64,000 nt of DNA from a virus: positions 64,001-128,000 of IMG/VR virus record IMGVR_UViG_3300010965_000002, one strand, 5' to 3'. Shown in pieces: positions 34,835-44,439 of this stretch (the first letter of the stretch is position 1; the number at the start of each line of letters is the position of its first letter). The position numbers and the translations under genes are program-made. A model generated the notes under the pieces. The model saw nothing but the letters and a program-made list of their open reading frames with translations. It was not told the origin of the DNA and made no database searches.

Positions 34835-35374
34835 ATGAGTCAAATCATAAGACGATGTACGCCTGAAGACTGGCGTTCAATGGCACGCCTGCGAATGGCG
34901 AGAAACACTCATGCAGGCAGTCGCGTATCTGAGTTCACTTCCAATCCAATCTCCAGCGTAAGCACCCGCTACCAACACGACCCACACATGGCTATGGGCT
35001 GTTGGCAAGACGGTGTGATAGCGGCATACATCTGTGCTTATGCTGGCACAGATTACTGGGTACTTGATCTGATGATTTCAAGCGGCGACCCCAAGCAACT
35101 TCAAGCCTGCTTGGAACAGTTGTTGCAAGAGTTTGAAGCCAAGGGCACGTATCAGTTCTGGTATGCCTTTCCAGAGAAGTGGGCCAGAGCGTATCGTAGC
35201 TTCTGGAAGTCAGGCGCACCCAGCTTGCGCAAGTACACAATCGAAGACGTGGCTGTGATACCAGCCCGTAAGAAAGTTGATGACCCATTTATTTGGAACA
35301 ACATTCTGCACGAATGCGTGGTTCCAGTCCCATTGTTGTTAAGGAGAAGCTATGTTGCAGAAGTGGCTAAATAA
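34835..35374 (+). CDS. probable GNAT-fold protein
   Basis: IIRRCTPEDW..GCWQDGVIAAYI..WVLDLMI..EAKGTYQFW. Confidence 0.55.
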   Translation: MSQIIRRCTPEDWRSMARLRMARNTHAGSRVSEFTSNPISSVSTRYQHDPHMAMGCWQDGVIAAYICAYAGTDYWVLDLMISSGDPKQLQACLEQLLQEFEAKGTYQFWYAFPEKWARAYRSFWKSGAPSLRKYTIEDVAVIPARKKVDDPFIWNNILHECVVPVPLLLRRSYVAEVAK

Positions 35375-36236
35375 GTTCAAAAACCCTCATATTCAGCATA
35401 TCCATGTACCAGCTCATGTGCTCGGTTTTTTGGCCCTGACGTATGCCCTAACTGCCCTATCTTGGTGGTCAATAGGGGGTTTTGTGCTATTCAATCTGTG
35501 GTTATCCTGTTTCGGAATGAGCATTGGATTCCACCGTTATTTCAGTCACCGTGCGTTCAAGGTCAATCGGTTCTGGCATCACGTAATGCTGTGGGGCGGA
35601 ACGTTTGCTGGACAAGGCTCGGTGGTGTTCTGGGTTGCGCTGCATCGTATCCACCATCCCAACAGTGATAAATCGGTAGCCGACATCCACAGTCCAAAGT
35701 TCAAGGGGTTTTGGAACGCATACATGGGTTGGATATTCACACTAGACCCTGCGGAAGTATCACTGGCTAAATCCACTGACATCATCCGGGACAAGTGGTG
35801 CCGATGGGAACACCGTAACTACGACAAGATCATGTGGACGTATTGGACGGTCCTTGTTGGTACGGCAATCGCAGTGCCCACATTACGACCATTCATTGCT
35901 GGTGCGTTAATAGCGGGTATGTGGAGTATTCATCAAGAGGCAATTATCAACAGCGTGTGCCACGACAGCCGATTCGGTGTGGCCCCGTATGAAGATCGTA
36001 CCCGCGATGGTAGTCGTAACGTACACAGTCTGCGCTACGTAACATGGGGTCAGAGTCTCCACAACACACATCATGCTTTTGCAGGCTCACCGAACTTCGG
36101 TACACCAGAAGCTCCTGATATTGGATACCGCATTATCCGATTGATTCAAACGGGCGAACATGCAGTGCATCAAGCTCACCAGACCCAGCAACGCACTACT
36201 GCTGAAAACGTCGTGCCGCCTTCGGTTGTTGCGTAA
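35352..36236 (+). CDS. membrane-bound fatty acid desaturase-family di-iron enzyme 1
   Basis: His boxes GFHRYFSH, HRIHH, HNTHH; hydrophobic segments; DIHSP. Confidence 0.92.
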   Translation: MLQKWLNKFKNPHIQHIHVPAHVLGFLALTYALTALSWWSIGGFVLFNLWLSCFGMSIGFHRYFSHRAFKVNRFWHHVMLWGGTFAGQGSVVFWVALHRIHHPNSDKSVADIHSPKFKGFWNAYMGWIFTLDPAEVSLAKSTDIIRDKWCRWEHRNYDKIMWTYWTVLVGTAIAVPTLRPFIAGALIAGMWSIHQEAIINSVCHDSRFGVAPYEDRTRDGSRNVHSLRYVTWGQSLHNTHHAFAGSPNFGTPEAPDIGYRIIRLIQTGEHAVHQAHQTQQRTTAENVVPPSVVA

Positions 36237-36264
36237 ACAATCACATCAAGTAAGGAAAGTCATC

Positions 36265-36465
36265 ATGACATTACGCGACATCTACAATCAGGTTGTGGCC
36301 GAAGACAATTCGCCAGCCCAATGTGAAAACCAGGCAATGGCTATTCGTCGTTATGCTGAACAAGAGTTGGGCGTGACAGACCCCGACAAGCTGCACCAGT
36401 TGTTCAACGAAACGTATGAACTGTTAAATGACGGCACGCCGTTCGACGAACAGCCTGCGGCTTAA
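36265..36465 (+). CDS. small acidic protein (66 aa)
   Basis: AAGGA RBS before ATG 36265; track start at 36160 overlaps the desaturase. Confidence 0.7.
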   Translation: MTLRDIYNQVVAEDNSPAQCENQAMAIRRYAEQELGVTDPDKLHQLFNETYELLNDGTPFDEQPAA

Positions 36466-36482
36466 AAGCACTGCGTGCAAAG

Positions 36483-36505
36483 CAAGCCTATGAAAACTAG
36501 GCTTG
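36483..36505. promoter_or_regulatory. hairpin CAAGCCTA-N7-TAGGCTTG in an internal 110-bp gap of the enzyme island
   Basis: Perfect 8-bp stem read from sequence. Confidence 0.4.
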
Positions 36506-36576
36506 TTACTGGTAAGTGTAACGTCACACATAGTTGGCATCACATACCCAATAGTATTTATTTAGAAAGATCACCC

Positions 36577-37506
36577 ATGGAACGCTTGTATCGTGGCTAT
36601 AACGGTGTGGCTGACGTACCCCGCACAGCAGTTGACCAAACATACGAATTTTGGTTCGATAAACCTCGTGACATCATCAGCTTAAGGGCAGCCAGCATTC
36701 GTGCTGCAAAGGAATTCGGGCAGAAGTACGCTGACAAAGAGATTGTCATTCTCTACTCAGGCGGCATGGACAGCGAATGGCTGTGTGAAGCCTTCTACTT
36801 AGCAAAGGTGCCATTTAGACCTTTGATCGTGGACTACAATAACGAGAACTCTCATGATCTGTATTGGGCTCGCCGCTACCTACGCCGTCGCGGTATTACC
36901 AACGCAATCGAATGGCAGTTCGACCTACGTAGCTGGTACTCCTCACAAGAGCAGTTTGAAATAGCTGAACGTTGCCAAATGAGTGAGCTTGCCTACAGCG
37001 GCCAGTTCCGGGCAATGTTGGAGTTTCAATCACCTGATCGCATCTTCTTGAATGGCTATGACGAGCCCGTGATTACCGCTGACGATAGTGGTGCGGAACG
37101 CACATGGAACTTGACCTACAACGAACGGCATTTCGCAATCCACAAGTTCATGGATGCCTATGGTTTTAACACACAGCCTGGTGGTTGGGTAGACGCCAAT
37201 GTGTTCGCTGCATATACGCACTGTCCTATGTGGCAGATGCTGGTTTCAAATCTTGTGCAACCTCAGGTGTGGAATTCCGAGCTAATCAAGTTCCAGATTT
37301 ATAGCCATTCCTTCCCATTCATGGAAGCGCGTACAAAGTACACGGGGTTTGAGTCCATGCTTGACGTGATCGTGCCTGCCACGAAGAAATGGCGCGAGTA
37401 CACGGACAAGACCTATGGAACGCAATGGCTGCAAGACTGGTCACGCCCCATCAAAGACGTGTGGGCTGAGTTACATGGAGACACACCATATGTACGACCT
37501 TACTAA
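36577..37506 (+). CDS. PP-loop (adenine nucleotide alpha-hydrolase / asparagine synthase-like) ATPase 1
   Basis: ILYSGGMDSE; C-terminal ARTKYTGFE; ATG 36577 preferred over track start. Confidence 0.8.
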   Translation: MERLYRGYNGVADVPRTAVDQTYEFWFDKPRDIISLRAASIRAAKEFGQKYADKEIVILYSGGMDSEWLCEAFYLAKVPFRPLIVDYNNENSHDLYWARRYLRRRGITNAIEWQFDLRSWYSSQEQFEIAERCQMSELAYSGQFRAMLEFQSPDRIFLNGYDEPVITADDSGAERTWNLTYNERHFAIHKFMDAYGFNTQPGGWVDANVFAAYTHCPMWQMLVSNLVQPQVWNSELIKFQIYSHSFPFMEARTKYTGFESMLDVIVPATKKWREYTDKTYGTQWLQDWSRPIKDVWAELHGDTPYVRPY

Positions 37507-38155
37507 GCTAGCAGCACTAGCGACTTTCCCTTGGGAGAGTGTGTATGAAGGATTAGCTAAGAGTCGCAAGACTATGACGACCTTCTATGGTGACGTACAC
37601 AGCACGAAGTTCACCCATACGCTTGACGCCCGCTGGAGTGACCGCGATCAATGGCGCTGGTACAACGCCTTAAAGCACGGTGTCAACGTAGCAGGCTTTA
37701 ATGTCAACGTTACTGCGTTGCCTGCTGAGTACATGCAGTTCGGCAAACACTGGTGGGCACGCTCACACGAACCAATCTGGGTGCCAACGGATAATGCCCG
37801 ACACTTTGGTGAGCTACGCCAGTGGATTAAAAACTCAGGCATATTCAAGCACACGGGTCGGCAAACATTCTTTGTACAAACAGCAGGTCAGTCAAGTCCA
37901 GAGCATGTAGACTTTGAGCCTGCTGACGTGCCAGAAAATCTGCGTGCTCCCGGTGAGTTCATCTGGCTTACACCACCAGACAGACCAAAGCATCTGAGTG
38001 TTAAAGGTGTTGCGGCTCCTTGGTGCTGCTGGTTTAACCACTTTGACCGCCACGGAACTGAGGCAGAGTCAGACACACGATGGAGCCTCCGAATTGACGG
38101 CGGCTTCACAGACGAATTCAAAGCATCCTTACCAACTTCTGAAAGTTTATCATGA
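37490..38155 (+). CDS. cupin/DSBH-fold putative 2OG-Fe(II) oxygenase
   Basis: EHVDF..WFNHFDRHGT..RWSLRIDG; GGAG RBS before ATG 37490. Confidence 0.6.
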   Translation: MYDLTKLAALATFPWESVYEGLAKSRKTMTTFYGDVHSTKFTHTLDARWSDRDQWRWYNALKHGVNVAGFNVNVTALPAEYMQFGKHWWARSHEPIWVPTDNARHFGELRQWIKNSGIFKHTGRQTFFVQTAGQSSPEHVDFEPADVPENLRAPGEFIWLTPPDRPKHLSVKGVAAPWCCWFNHFDRHGTEAESDTRWSLRIDGGFTDEFKASLPTSESLS

Positions 38156-38784
38156 CATCACCCGTTTACTTCAACACTGCAAACCTTGAACTCGCCCAAA
38201 CCTTGCGCAAGCATTGGATGGCTATTCGTGACGAAGCCGAAGCCTTGTTTGCCGAAGAGGGTGAAGTGCCTAAAATCAATGCAACAATGGAAGGCCAAGA
38301 CGGTCGTTACATGGAATCTGTAGGCATTGCTAAATACACAGGCACCAATGCCAGCATCCATCTGCAAGTTGTGCCTGATCTGCTTGACCCGCCAGAAGCA
38401 CGTATCGCGTTGTCACCTGCTGGTGTGGCTGGCCGTTTGCGCCGCCAGAAGAAGTGCCCAATGACCATGGGCATTCTTGCGCCTTATGGTGAACACGTTG
38501 GCAACATTGGATTCAACCGCTTACATCCAGGTGCCAAGATCAACCCGCACTATGGTGTCATCACCTCTAATCGTTTTGTGCGTATCCATTTAGGCTTGCG
38601 TACTGACCCTGGTGCTACGTTCTTTGCCAAAGACAACGATAGCTACACCTGGAAAGACGGTGAGACAATGGCCTTTGACGATGCAACCGTGTTGCACTGG
38701 GTCGAACACAAAGGTCAAAGCTCACGTTTGATTCTGTGTTTGGACATTGCCAAGGCTGCGTTTCCTGATCTGCAGGCACTGTAA
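38152..38784 (+). CDS. aspartyl/asparaginyl beta-hydroxylase family (AspH/LpxO-like)
   Basis: RLHPGAKINPHYG..RIHLGL..WKDGETMAFDD..LHWV..RLILCLD. Confidence 0.9.
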   Translation: MTSPVYFNTANLELAQTLRKHWMAIRDEAEALFAEEGEVPKINATMEGQDGRYMESVGIAKYTGTNASIHLQVVPDLLDPPEARIALSPAGVAGRLRRQKKCPMTMGILAPYGEHVGNIGFNRLHPGAKINPHYGVITSNRFVRIHLGLRTDPGATFFAKDNDSYTWKDGETMAFDDATVLHWVEHKGQSSRLILCLDIAKAAFPDLQAL

Positions 38785-38806
38785 AGCCCAGCTAGATAGG
38801 CTGGCT

Positions 38807-38817
38807 AACTGTAAATA
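38807..38817 (+). promoter_or_regulatory. candidate late promoter AACTGTAAATA
   Basis: Intergenic, 39 nt before ATG 38856; identical to 13149-13159 (-). Confidence 0.35.
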
Positions 38818-38855
38818 CCTATAGTAGTCAGTCTATTTAATTTTTAGAGGTTCGT

Positions 38856-39458
38856 ATGAAAAGAGCTTTGTTGGTCAGCTTAGACAGTGATCTAGGCAAG
38901 CACATGAAACGTGTGCTGGAGGAGGAGGGTTACGAAGTAACTGCTACTTCCAGACATGGTTTGCCGGATACCCTTCATTTTGATTTAGGCGTAACCGACG
39001 TACCTAAGTTTGAAGCTGCCTCGTTTGATGTATTGATCTACAACCTTGGTGTCAGCCAAGTTAACAGATCGCGTGTCGAGGTGATACGCACAAACGCGAT
39101 ACTGGCCTGTGATGCACTTCAAGCCTTGGCCCCTACGCTGAAAGCGGCAGGTCATGTCATTGTGTTTTCCAGTGGTTGGGGCAGCATACGTCAAACTGTG
39201 CGTTCAGGCGAAGCCACAGAAATCACGTACCGTATGAGTAAGGCCGCTTTGAACATGGGTGTCGCTGTATTGTCTAATGCGTTCACTAAACTGAATTGGA
39301 TTTTGATGCAGCCCGGGTTCATCACGACCAAGATGAATACCAATCCTAAGAACTTGCCATCGGCTGACCCGTATGCTGCGATGCAGGGTGTGCTCAAACA
39401 TTCACTGGCTTGCAAAGAGAGGTACGCATACATTGACTACATGGGCAATGCTCAATGA
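38856..39458 (+). CDS. short-chain dehydrogenase/reductase (CsgA-like)
   Basis: SSGWGSI..YRMSKAALNM (YxxxK)..QPGFITTKM. Confidence 0.88.
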   Translation: MKRALLVSLDSDLGKHMKRVLEEEGYEVTATSRHGLPDTLHFDLGVTDVPKFEAASFDVLIYNLGVSQVNRSRVEVIRTNAILACDALQALAPTLKAAGHVIVFSSGWGSIRQTVRSGEATEITYRMSKAALNMGVAVLSNAFTKLNWILMQPGFITTKMNTNPKNLPSADPYAAMQGVLKHSLACKERYAYIDYMGNAQ

Positions 39459-40009
39459 TTACCGACAAGCTCACGCCTGTTAGTGGCACGGTATCAATCG
39501 AAGCCTACATAAAGACACGCTTTATGCTAGAGCTACAGAACCTTTGGATACTGACGTGCATTGACGAATCCCGGTTTACCGTGTTACGTGCCCAGCCATT
39601 CAGAGCCAATGAGCCGAAAAGAAAAGGCATAGAGCAGTTCTGGACTGTGTTGCACCATGCAAGAACAGTGCTAAAGCTATTCGACGTTGAGGTCAATGAT
39701 CTGAAACAGTATGCGAACAGGCCTAAGTTGTATTTAGAAGTGCTGTACACAAAAGTCGAAGGTATAAAGGAAGAGACGATTGCAGCCTACCTGTATAAAG
39801 AAAAATTCATGTTGACGGATACTTCGTTGCATGAGTCTAGTACCTTACGGAAAGGGCGTGTCGTCGATTTACTTCTCTGGTTCTCCTTTCCAAGTCTGAG
39901 TTTTCACAAAGGGTTTGTGTATGAAACGTTGAAGACTGCAGGCGTCGATGTTGGTAAAGCTGACATACTGAGACCTCTACAACCGCCAATTATTCAAGTA
40001 AATATCTAA
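39455..40009 (+). CDS. hypothetical, possibly degenerate RimJ/RimL-type GNAT
   Basis: ATGA-coupled; C-terminal TLRKGRVVDLLLW weakly recalls RimL-type ends. Confidence 0.45.
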   Translation: MITDKLTPVSGTVSIEAYIKTRFMLELQNLWILTCIDESRFTVLRAQPFRANEPKRKGIEQFWTVLHHARTVLKLFDVEVNDLKQYANRPKLYLEVLYTKVEGIKEETIAAYLYKEKFMLTDTSLHESSTLRKGRVVDLLLWFSFPSLSFHKGFVYETLKTAGVDVGKADILRPLQPPIIQVNI

Positions 40010-40020
40010 GGAGTCCTATC

Positions 40021-40824
40021 GTGGTAGCAATGTTAAAGAGTTTGCATTTTTGGCGTGTTTGGCTTGTGCCTCATGTCTTGTTGGTCGCTGGGCTGGCGCT
40101 GTATGGCGGTGACTGGCGTACACTGTTAACGGGCTTTGTGTTCTACACATTGATATCAGGCCTTGGTGTAGCCGTTGGTTTTCACCGCTTCTTCTCTCAC
40201 AAAGCATTCAAGACAAATCGGTTTTGGGAACAGATGATGCTTTACTGGGGTTCAATGGCTTGCCACGGACACCCATTGTTCTGGGTTGCTCTGCATCGTG
40301 GTCTGCACCATCGTTTCTCTGATACAGACCGTGACCCTCACAGTCCAGTTGCTCATTCACTGTGGACATCGTATCAAGGTTATGCGTTTGACCCTAAGTT
40401 GATTGAACAAGTACCCTTACGTGCTGGCACTGATTTCCTACGACACCCTGATTGGCAGTGGACGGTCAAACACTATCACAAAGTGCTGTGGCTTTCTTGG
40501 GTTGTAGTTGCCGTTGTATCTTGGGTGTTGAATGCACCTTGGTTGATGATTGGTCTTGCTGGTGCTCAAACATGGGCTATTCACCAAGAGGCATTGGTTA
40601 ACGTTGTTGGTCACGTAAGTGGTTTTGGTGCCTATCGTAACTACGATGTTGACGACAAAAGTGTCAATCGTAATCTGCTTGGCTTGTTCACTTGGGGCCA
40701 GGCGCTGCACAACAACCATCACGGTGATGCTGGTAATCCTAGCTTTGCCAACTCCGCCAAGTTTCCTCAACGCTTTGAGTTTGACCCAAGCATGTTGTGG
40801 ATTTGGACAATCCAGTCTCGTTGA
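40021..40824 (+). CDS. membrane-bound fatty acid desaturase-family di-iron enzyme 2
   Basis: GFHRFFSH, HRGLHH, HNNHH; DPHSP; GTG with AAGGAG RBS. Confidence 0.92.
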   Translation: MVAMLKSLHFWRVWLVPHVLLVAGLALYGGDWRTLLTGFVFYTLISGLGVAVGFHRFFSHKAFKTNRFWEQMMLYWGSMACHGHPLFWVALHRGLHHRFSDTDRDPHSPVAHSLWTSYQGYAFDPKLIEQVPLRAGTDFLRHPDWQWTVKHYHKVLWLSWVVVAVVSWVLNAPWLMIGLAGAQTWAIHQEALVNVVGHVSGFGAYRNYDVDDKSVNRNLLGLFTWGQALHNNHHGDAGNPSFANSAKFPQRFEFDPSMLWIWTIQSR

Positions 40825-40839
40825 TATAAGGACTACATC

Positions 40840-41415
40840 ATGACCTCATTGGTAAAAAACTATGTGCATCGTAAATTCGATGTGCCTGCCGAACGCAGCC
40901 TGGCTGTGCTTAACGAATGGAACGATGTTCATAAAGAGGCGTTCTACAGCATTGACACCTCCCGTGAACGCATGAGTCCGGCTCTGTCGAAAACACGTAC
41001 CTACCATCTGCGCCGCCCTTCTGTGCCAAAAGGCTTTATCAAACAGACTACCAGTGCGCAAAACGTGCTGGACTGTGAGGACACACCACTGTACGACACG
41101 TTCCCAGTAATGCGTGCATTTGTTAACTGGGTCGGCCAAGAGTTTTACGGTGGCTGGACGACAGTAGGCCGCGTGTTCGTTACGCGCCTCGATGCAAGCT
41201 CAAACATCGGTAAGCACATTGACGAAGGTAAATACTTCGAGACTTTGCATCGTCATCACTTTGTCCTGATTTCACAGTTGGCACATTTTTGTTGGGAAGA
41301 TGATGTGCAAGTTCAACTCCAACGAGGTGAACTGTGGGCCGTGAACAATTCCATTCCACACTGGGTGACTAACAGCGGTGCGCCCAGAACGCATATCATC
41401 TTCGATGCAGCGTAA
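40840..41415 (+). CDS. AspH-like 2OG-Fe(II) hydroxylase
   Basis: KHIDEG..HRHHF..GELWAVNNSIPHWVTN..RTHIIFD. Confidence 0.85.
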   Translation: MTSLVKNYVHRKFDVPAERSLAVLNEWNDVHKEAFYSIDTSRERMSPALSKTRTYHLRRPSVPKGFIKQTTSAQNVLDCEDTPLYDTFPVMRAFVNWVGQEFYGGWTTVGRVFVTRLDASSNIGKHIDEGKYFETLHRHHFVLISQLAHFCWEDDVQVQLQRGELWAVNNSIPHWVTNSGAPRTHIIFDAA

Positions 41416-41429
41416 TCAAAGGTACTACG

Positions 41430-42317
41430 ATGGATTACTTAACCAAAACAAACTGGGGTGGACGCGCGACGGTCACTGCTAAAGAGCTTCTGTCAAATCC
41501 TGAGGAATGGCGCAACAACCTGTACGAGCGTAAGATGCTTGTACTCAAAGGTTTGGCCGACTTGTCGCAAGAGGAGTTCTGGCAGTTGCACACCATCTGG
41601 GGTACCCCTTGGAATGACAAAGAGTACACAACAAGTACAGAGAAATTCCAAGACATAGGCGGTGGCAAATTCATTACGTCCTATGGCAACAAGATAACCG
41701 AAAAGAGCATCGGCAATCGGCAAATGCCTTGGCACCGTGACATCCCTTGGCACCGTGAAAAGCGTTACCCAATCCGTACTCTATATCCAGTGCGTATGAC
41801 ATTGGGTGCAGGTGCTACTGGCACACGGTTCTGTGATTGCGATGTACTGCTGGACAGACTGAGTCCTGACAATAAGGAACTGCTGCTCCAAACTGAGGTG
41901 GAAATCCACAGTTGGTATCAACTACAGTACGGAGTGAAACAACCGCAGCGTAAGTGGATTCCTTTAGTGGAGCAGCACCCAGAGACTAAGCGTACCAGCG
42001 TGCTGCTGAATTCGTTTGGTCCTTACGTGCAAGGTCTTGAACACAGCACTGCTATAACGGGTACGTGGATTCTGAATGCACGTCTCCAGGACAAAAATGT
42101 GATGCCTAATCCGTTGGCATGGATTAACCACTTGCATAACCTGGCTGTGACTGATGACAACTGCTACACGCACAACTGGGAGATGGGCGATCTAGTTTTG
42201 TTTGACAACTACTCAGGTATTTTCCACAGTCGTGACAGAATCGTTGCACAGCCTGATGCGGAACGTTTGTTTTGGCGTATGAACATACGTCATAACTGGC
42301 AAGCAGAGACAAAATGA
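41430..42317 (+). CDS. TauD/TfdA-family dioxygenase
   Basis: PWHRD..TRFCD..PLVEQHP..HNWEMGDLVLFDN..FHSR..R. Confidence 0.88.
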   Translation: MDYLTKTNWGGRATVTAKELLSNPEEWRNNLYERKMLVLKGLADLSQEEFWQLHTIWGTPWNDKEYTTSTEKFQDIGGGKFITSYGNKITEKSIGNRQMPWHRDIPWHREKRYPIRTLYPVRMTLGAGATGTRFCDCDVLLDRLSPDNKELLLQTEVEIHSWYQLQYGVKQPQRKWIPLVEQHPETKRTSVLLNSFGPYVQGLEHSTAITGTWILNARLQDKNVMPNPLAWINHLHNLAVTDDNCYTHNWEMGDLVLFDNYSGIFHSRDRIVAQPDAERLFWRMNIRHNWQAETK

Positions 42318-42853
42318 ACTACCCATTTCTGATTAAGCACCTAGGCTTTGTACCTAGTTCAATGTTCAAAGCATTACGTGAGTATTGCTTGGCACAACCT
42401 CTTTACTCACGTAACGACACCAACTTTGATTTGACTCGACACTCAGGCATAAGCGGTATTCTTGGAGAGAAGCGCACTGCACCTGCAGCTATACAAGCGG
42501 TGCTTGATCTGCCTGAGCTTGCTTGGGCAAAACACGCGGTGTTTGAAGATCACCAAGTAAACCTGTTCAAGTCAGGCGGTCACGTTCAGATGCACGTAGA
42601 TCAGACAGCAAATGGTGGGCGTGTCTTTCTTCGCCAGAAAGTGCATGTACCTATCGCTGGCACAGAAGGTGTAGAGTATGTTTTTGAACACAATGGGGAG
42701 CGTAAAGTCTTCAAGATGGAATTGGGTGGCTTGTATGTGTTCAATGACTGCGTTCCTCATGCTCTTGCACATACAGGTGCAGAGGACCGTGTCCAATTGC
42801 TGCTGCATTGGCAAGACGTTATGCTGTACGCCCGTGACTCACTTCTGAGGTAA
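42314..42853 (+). CDS. AspH-like hydroxylase, M(D/N)YPF paralogue 1
   Basis: MNYPF..MHVD..KVHVPI..GGLYVFNDCVPHAL..RVQLLL. Confidence 0.82.
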   Translation: MNYPFLIKHLGFVPSSMFKALREYCLAQPLYSRNDTNFDLTRHSGISGILGEKRTAPAAIQAVLDLPELAWAKHAVFEDHQVNLFKSGGHVQMHVDQTANGGRVFLRQKVHVPIAGTEGVEYVFEHNGERKVFKMELGGLYVFNDCVPHALAHTGAEDRVQLLLHWQDVMLYARDSLLR

Positions 42854-42855
42854 AT

Positions 42856-44439
42856 ATGACTAAAGGCTTTGATGTCGTTTTAATAACAGACTGTAGCTCA
42901 CAAGGTGGTGCAGTTTGGGGCCGGAGTGCTGGTGCTTATAGACTGGCAACTGAACTACGTAAGCAGGGGCTCACTGTTCAGGTGATTGACTGGTTTAACC
43001 ACATAATCATCGAACAGGGTCTGCTACTGCTTTTGCTCAAACGTTTTATTGGCGACAACACTCTGTTCCTAGGTTTCAGTTCTACCTTCATGAACAGTGC
43101 GTTGTACGCAAGCCGCAATCATCCTTGGTCAGACTCAGTGCTGACCGTCGGTGATGACCAGGGCTTTAATCGCAAATTTGCTTGGGGTACAACCATCTAT
43201 GGAATACCTCCAGGCATCTTGGCTAAACTGCGTGAACTGCTGAAAGAGAATTGGCCTAAGCTGCCAATCGTTACTGGTGGTAGCCGCACACAGGAGACTG
43301 ACCCTTTTCCAGACGTGATCTGTGTAGGCTATGGTGAGCGCCATATGCTTGATTATGTCAAGTGGTTACAAGGCAAGCATCCTTTCTTCATGACACGCAA
43401 AACGCCTGCTGGTCAAATGGTCTTAGACTATGACACTAAAGGCGATGGCTTCGATTTCATTAACAGCGAGATTGAATGGGTGCCTGGTGACTGCGTTCAA
43501 CCTGGAGAAGCACTACCGATTGAGATAAGTCGAGGTTGTATCTTCCGGTGTAAATTCTGCTCCTTTCCGTTGAATGGCAAGAGTAAGAACGACTACATGA
43601 AGAATCGGGACAAGTTAGTAGCAGAGCTAACGCGCAACTACGAGCAGTTTGGGACGACCCGTTATATCTTCTCAGACGACACCTACAACGACACACAAGA
43701 AAAGGTAGAGTTCGTTTATGAAGTGTCGCAGCAACTCCCATTCAAGTTGGAGTATGCCACGTACATCAGGCTTGATCTGTTGGCTGCTAACAAAGATCGA
43801 CGCCAGGCTGAGTTGTTAAAAGCCAGCGGTTTGAAAATTGCCTTCTTTGGTATTGAGTCCTTGAACAGAAAAGCGGCTGCTTCTATTGGCAAAGGCATGG
43901 ACACTGAGAAATTGGTTGATACCCTGCAGTGGTTGCGTGATGATGTGTGGAAGCATGATGTCATCACAACGGGTGGTTTCATGTTGGGCTTACCACACGA
44001 CACCTACGAAACAATGAATGCGTGGTTAGAACGTATTAGCAACCCTAACTTTCCGCTACACACTTTCAATCTTTCACCTATTGGTATTGCCAATAAAAAG
44101 ATGGTGCAACGGGCGTTCTACTCGGAGATTGAAAACGAGCCTGAGAAATATGGCTATGTACTCAGTGAAGAACGTCTGGAATACTGGGACAACCCACGAT
44201 TCGGCACCACGTTTGAAGGATGCAATGAGTTGGCGACCAAAGTACATGATTATGCAAAACAAACAGGTCGGCTGTGCATGAGTACCCACATGATGGTGTC
44301 AACTATTGGTCTAGGCTTTGACTACGACAAGCATCGTGGTCTTGGTATTGAAGGCGTAATGCGTCAAGGTCTGCTACATCGTACCCGCGTTCAGTTCTTA
44401 GACTATTTGAAAGATTTGGTGAACATATGGCCCGAGTAA
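42856..44439 (+). CDS. cobalamin-binding radical SAM enzyme
   Basis: ISRGCIFRCKFC (CxxxCxxC); N-terminal Rossmann-like domain with GFSSTF; YIFSDDTYN; GIESLN. Confidence 0.9.
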   Translation: MTKGFDVVLITDCSSQGGAVWGRSAGAYRLATELRKQGLTVQVIDWFNHIIIEQGLLLLLLKRFIGDNTLFLGFSSTFMNSALYASRNHPWSDSVLTVGDDQGFNRKFAWGTTIYGIPPGILAKLRELLKENWPKLPIVTGGSRTQETDPFPDVICVGYGERHMLDYVKWLQGKHPFFMTRKTPAGQMVLDYDTKGDGFDFINSEIEWVPGDCVQPGEALPIEISRGCIFRCKFCSFPLNGKSKNDYMKNRDKLVAELTRNYEQFGTTRYIFSDDTYNDTQEKVEFVYEVSQQLPFKLEYATYIRLDLLAANKDRRQAELLKASGLKIAFFGIESLNRKAAASIGKGMDTEKLVDTLQWLRDDVWKHDVITTGGFMLGLPHDTYETMNAWLERISNPNFPLHTFNLSPIGIANKKMVQRAFYSEIENEPEKYGYVLSEERLEYWDNPRFGTTFEGCNELATKVHDYAKQTGRLCMSTHMMVSTIGLGFDYDKHRGLGIEGVMRQGLLHRTRVQFLDYLKDLVNIWPE

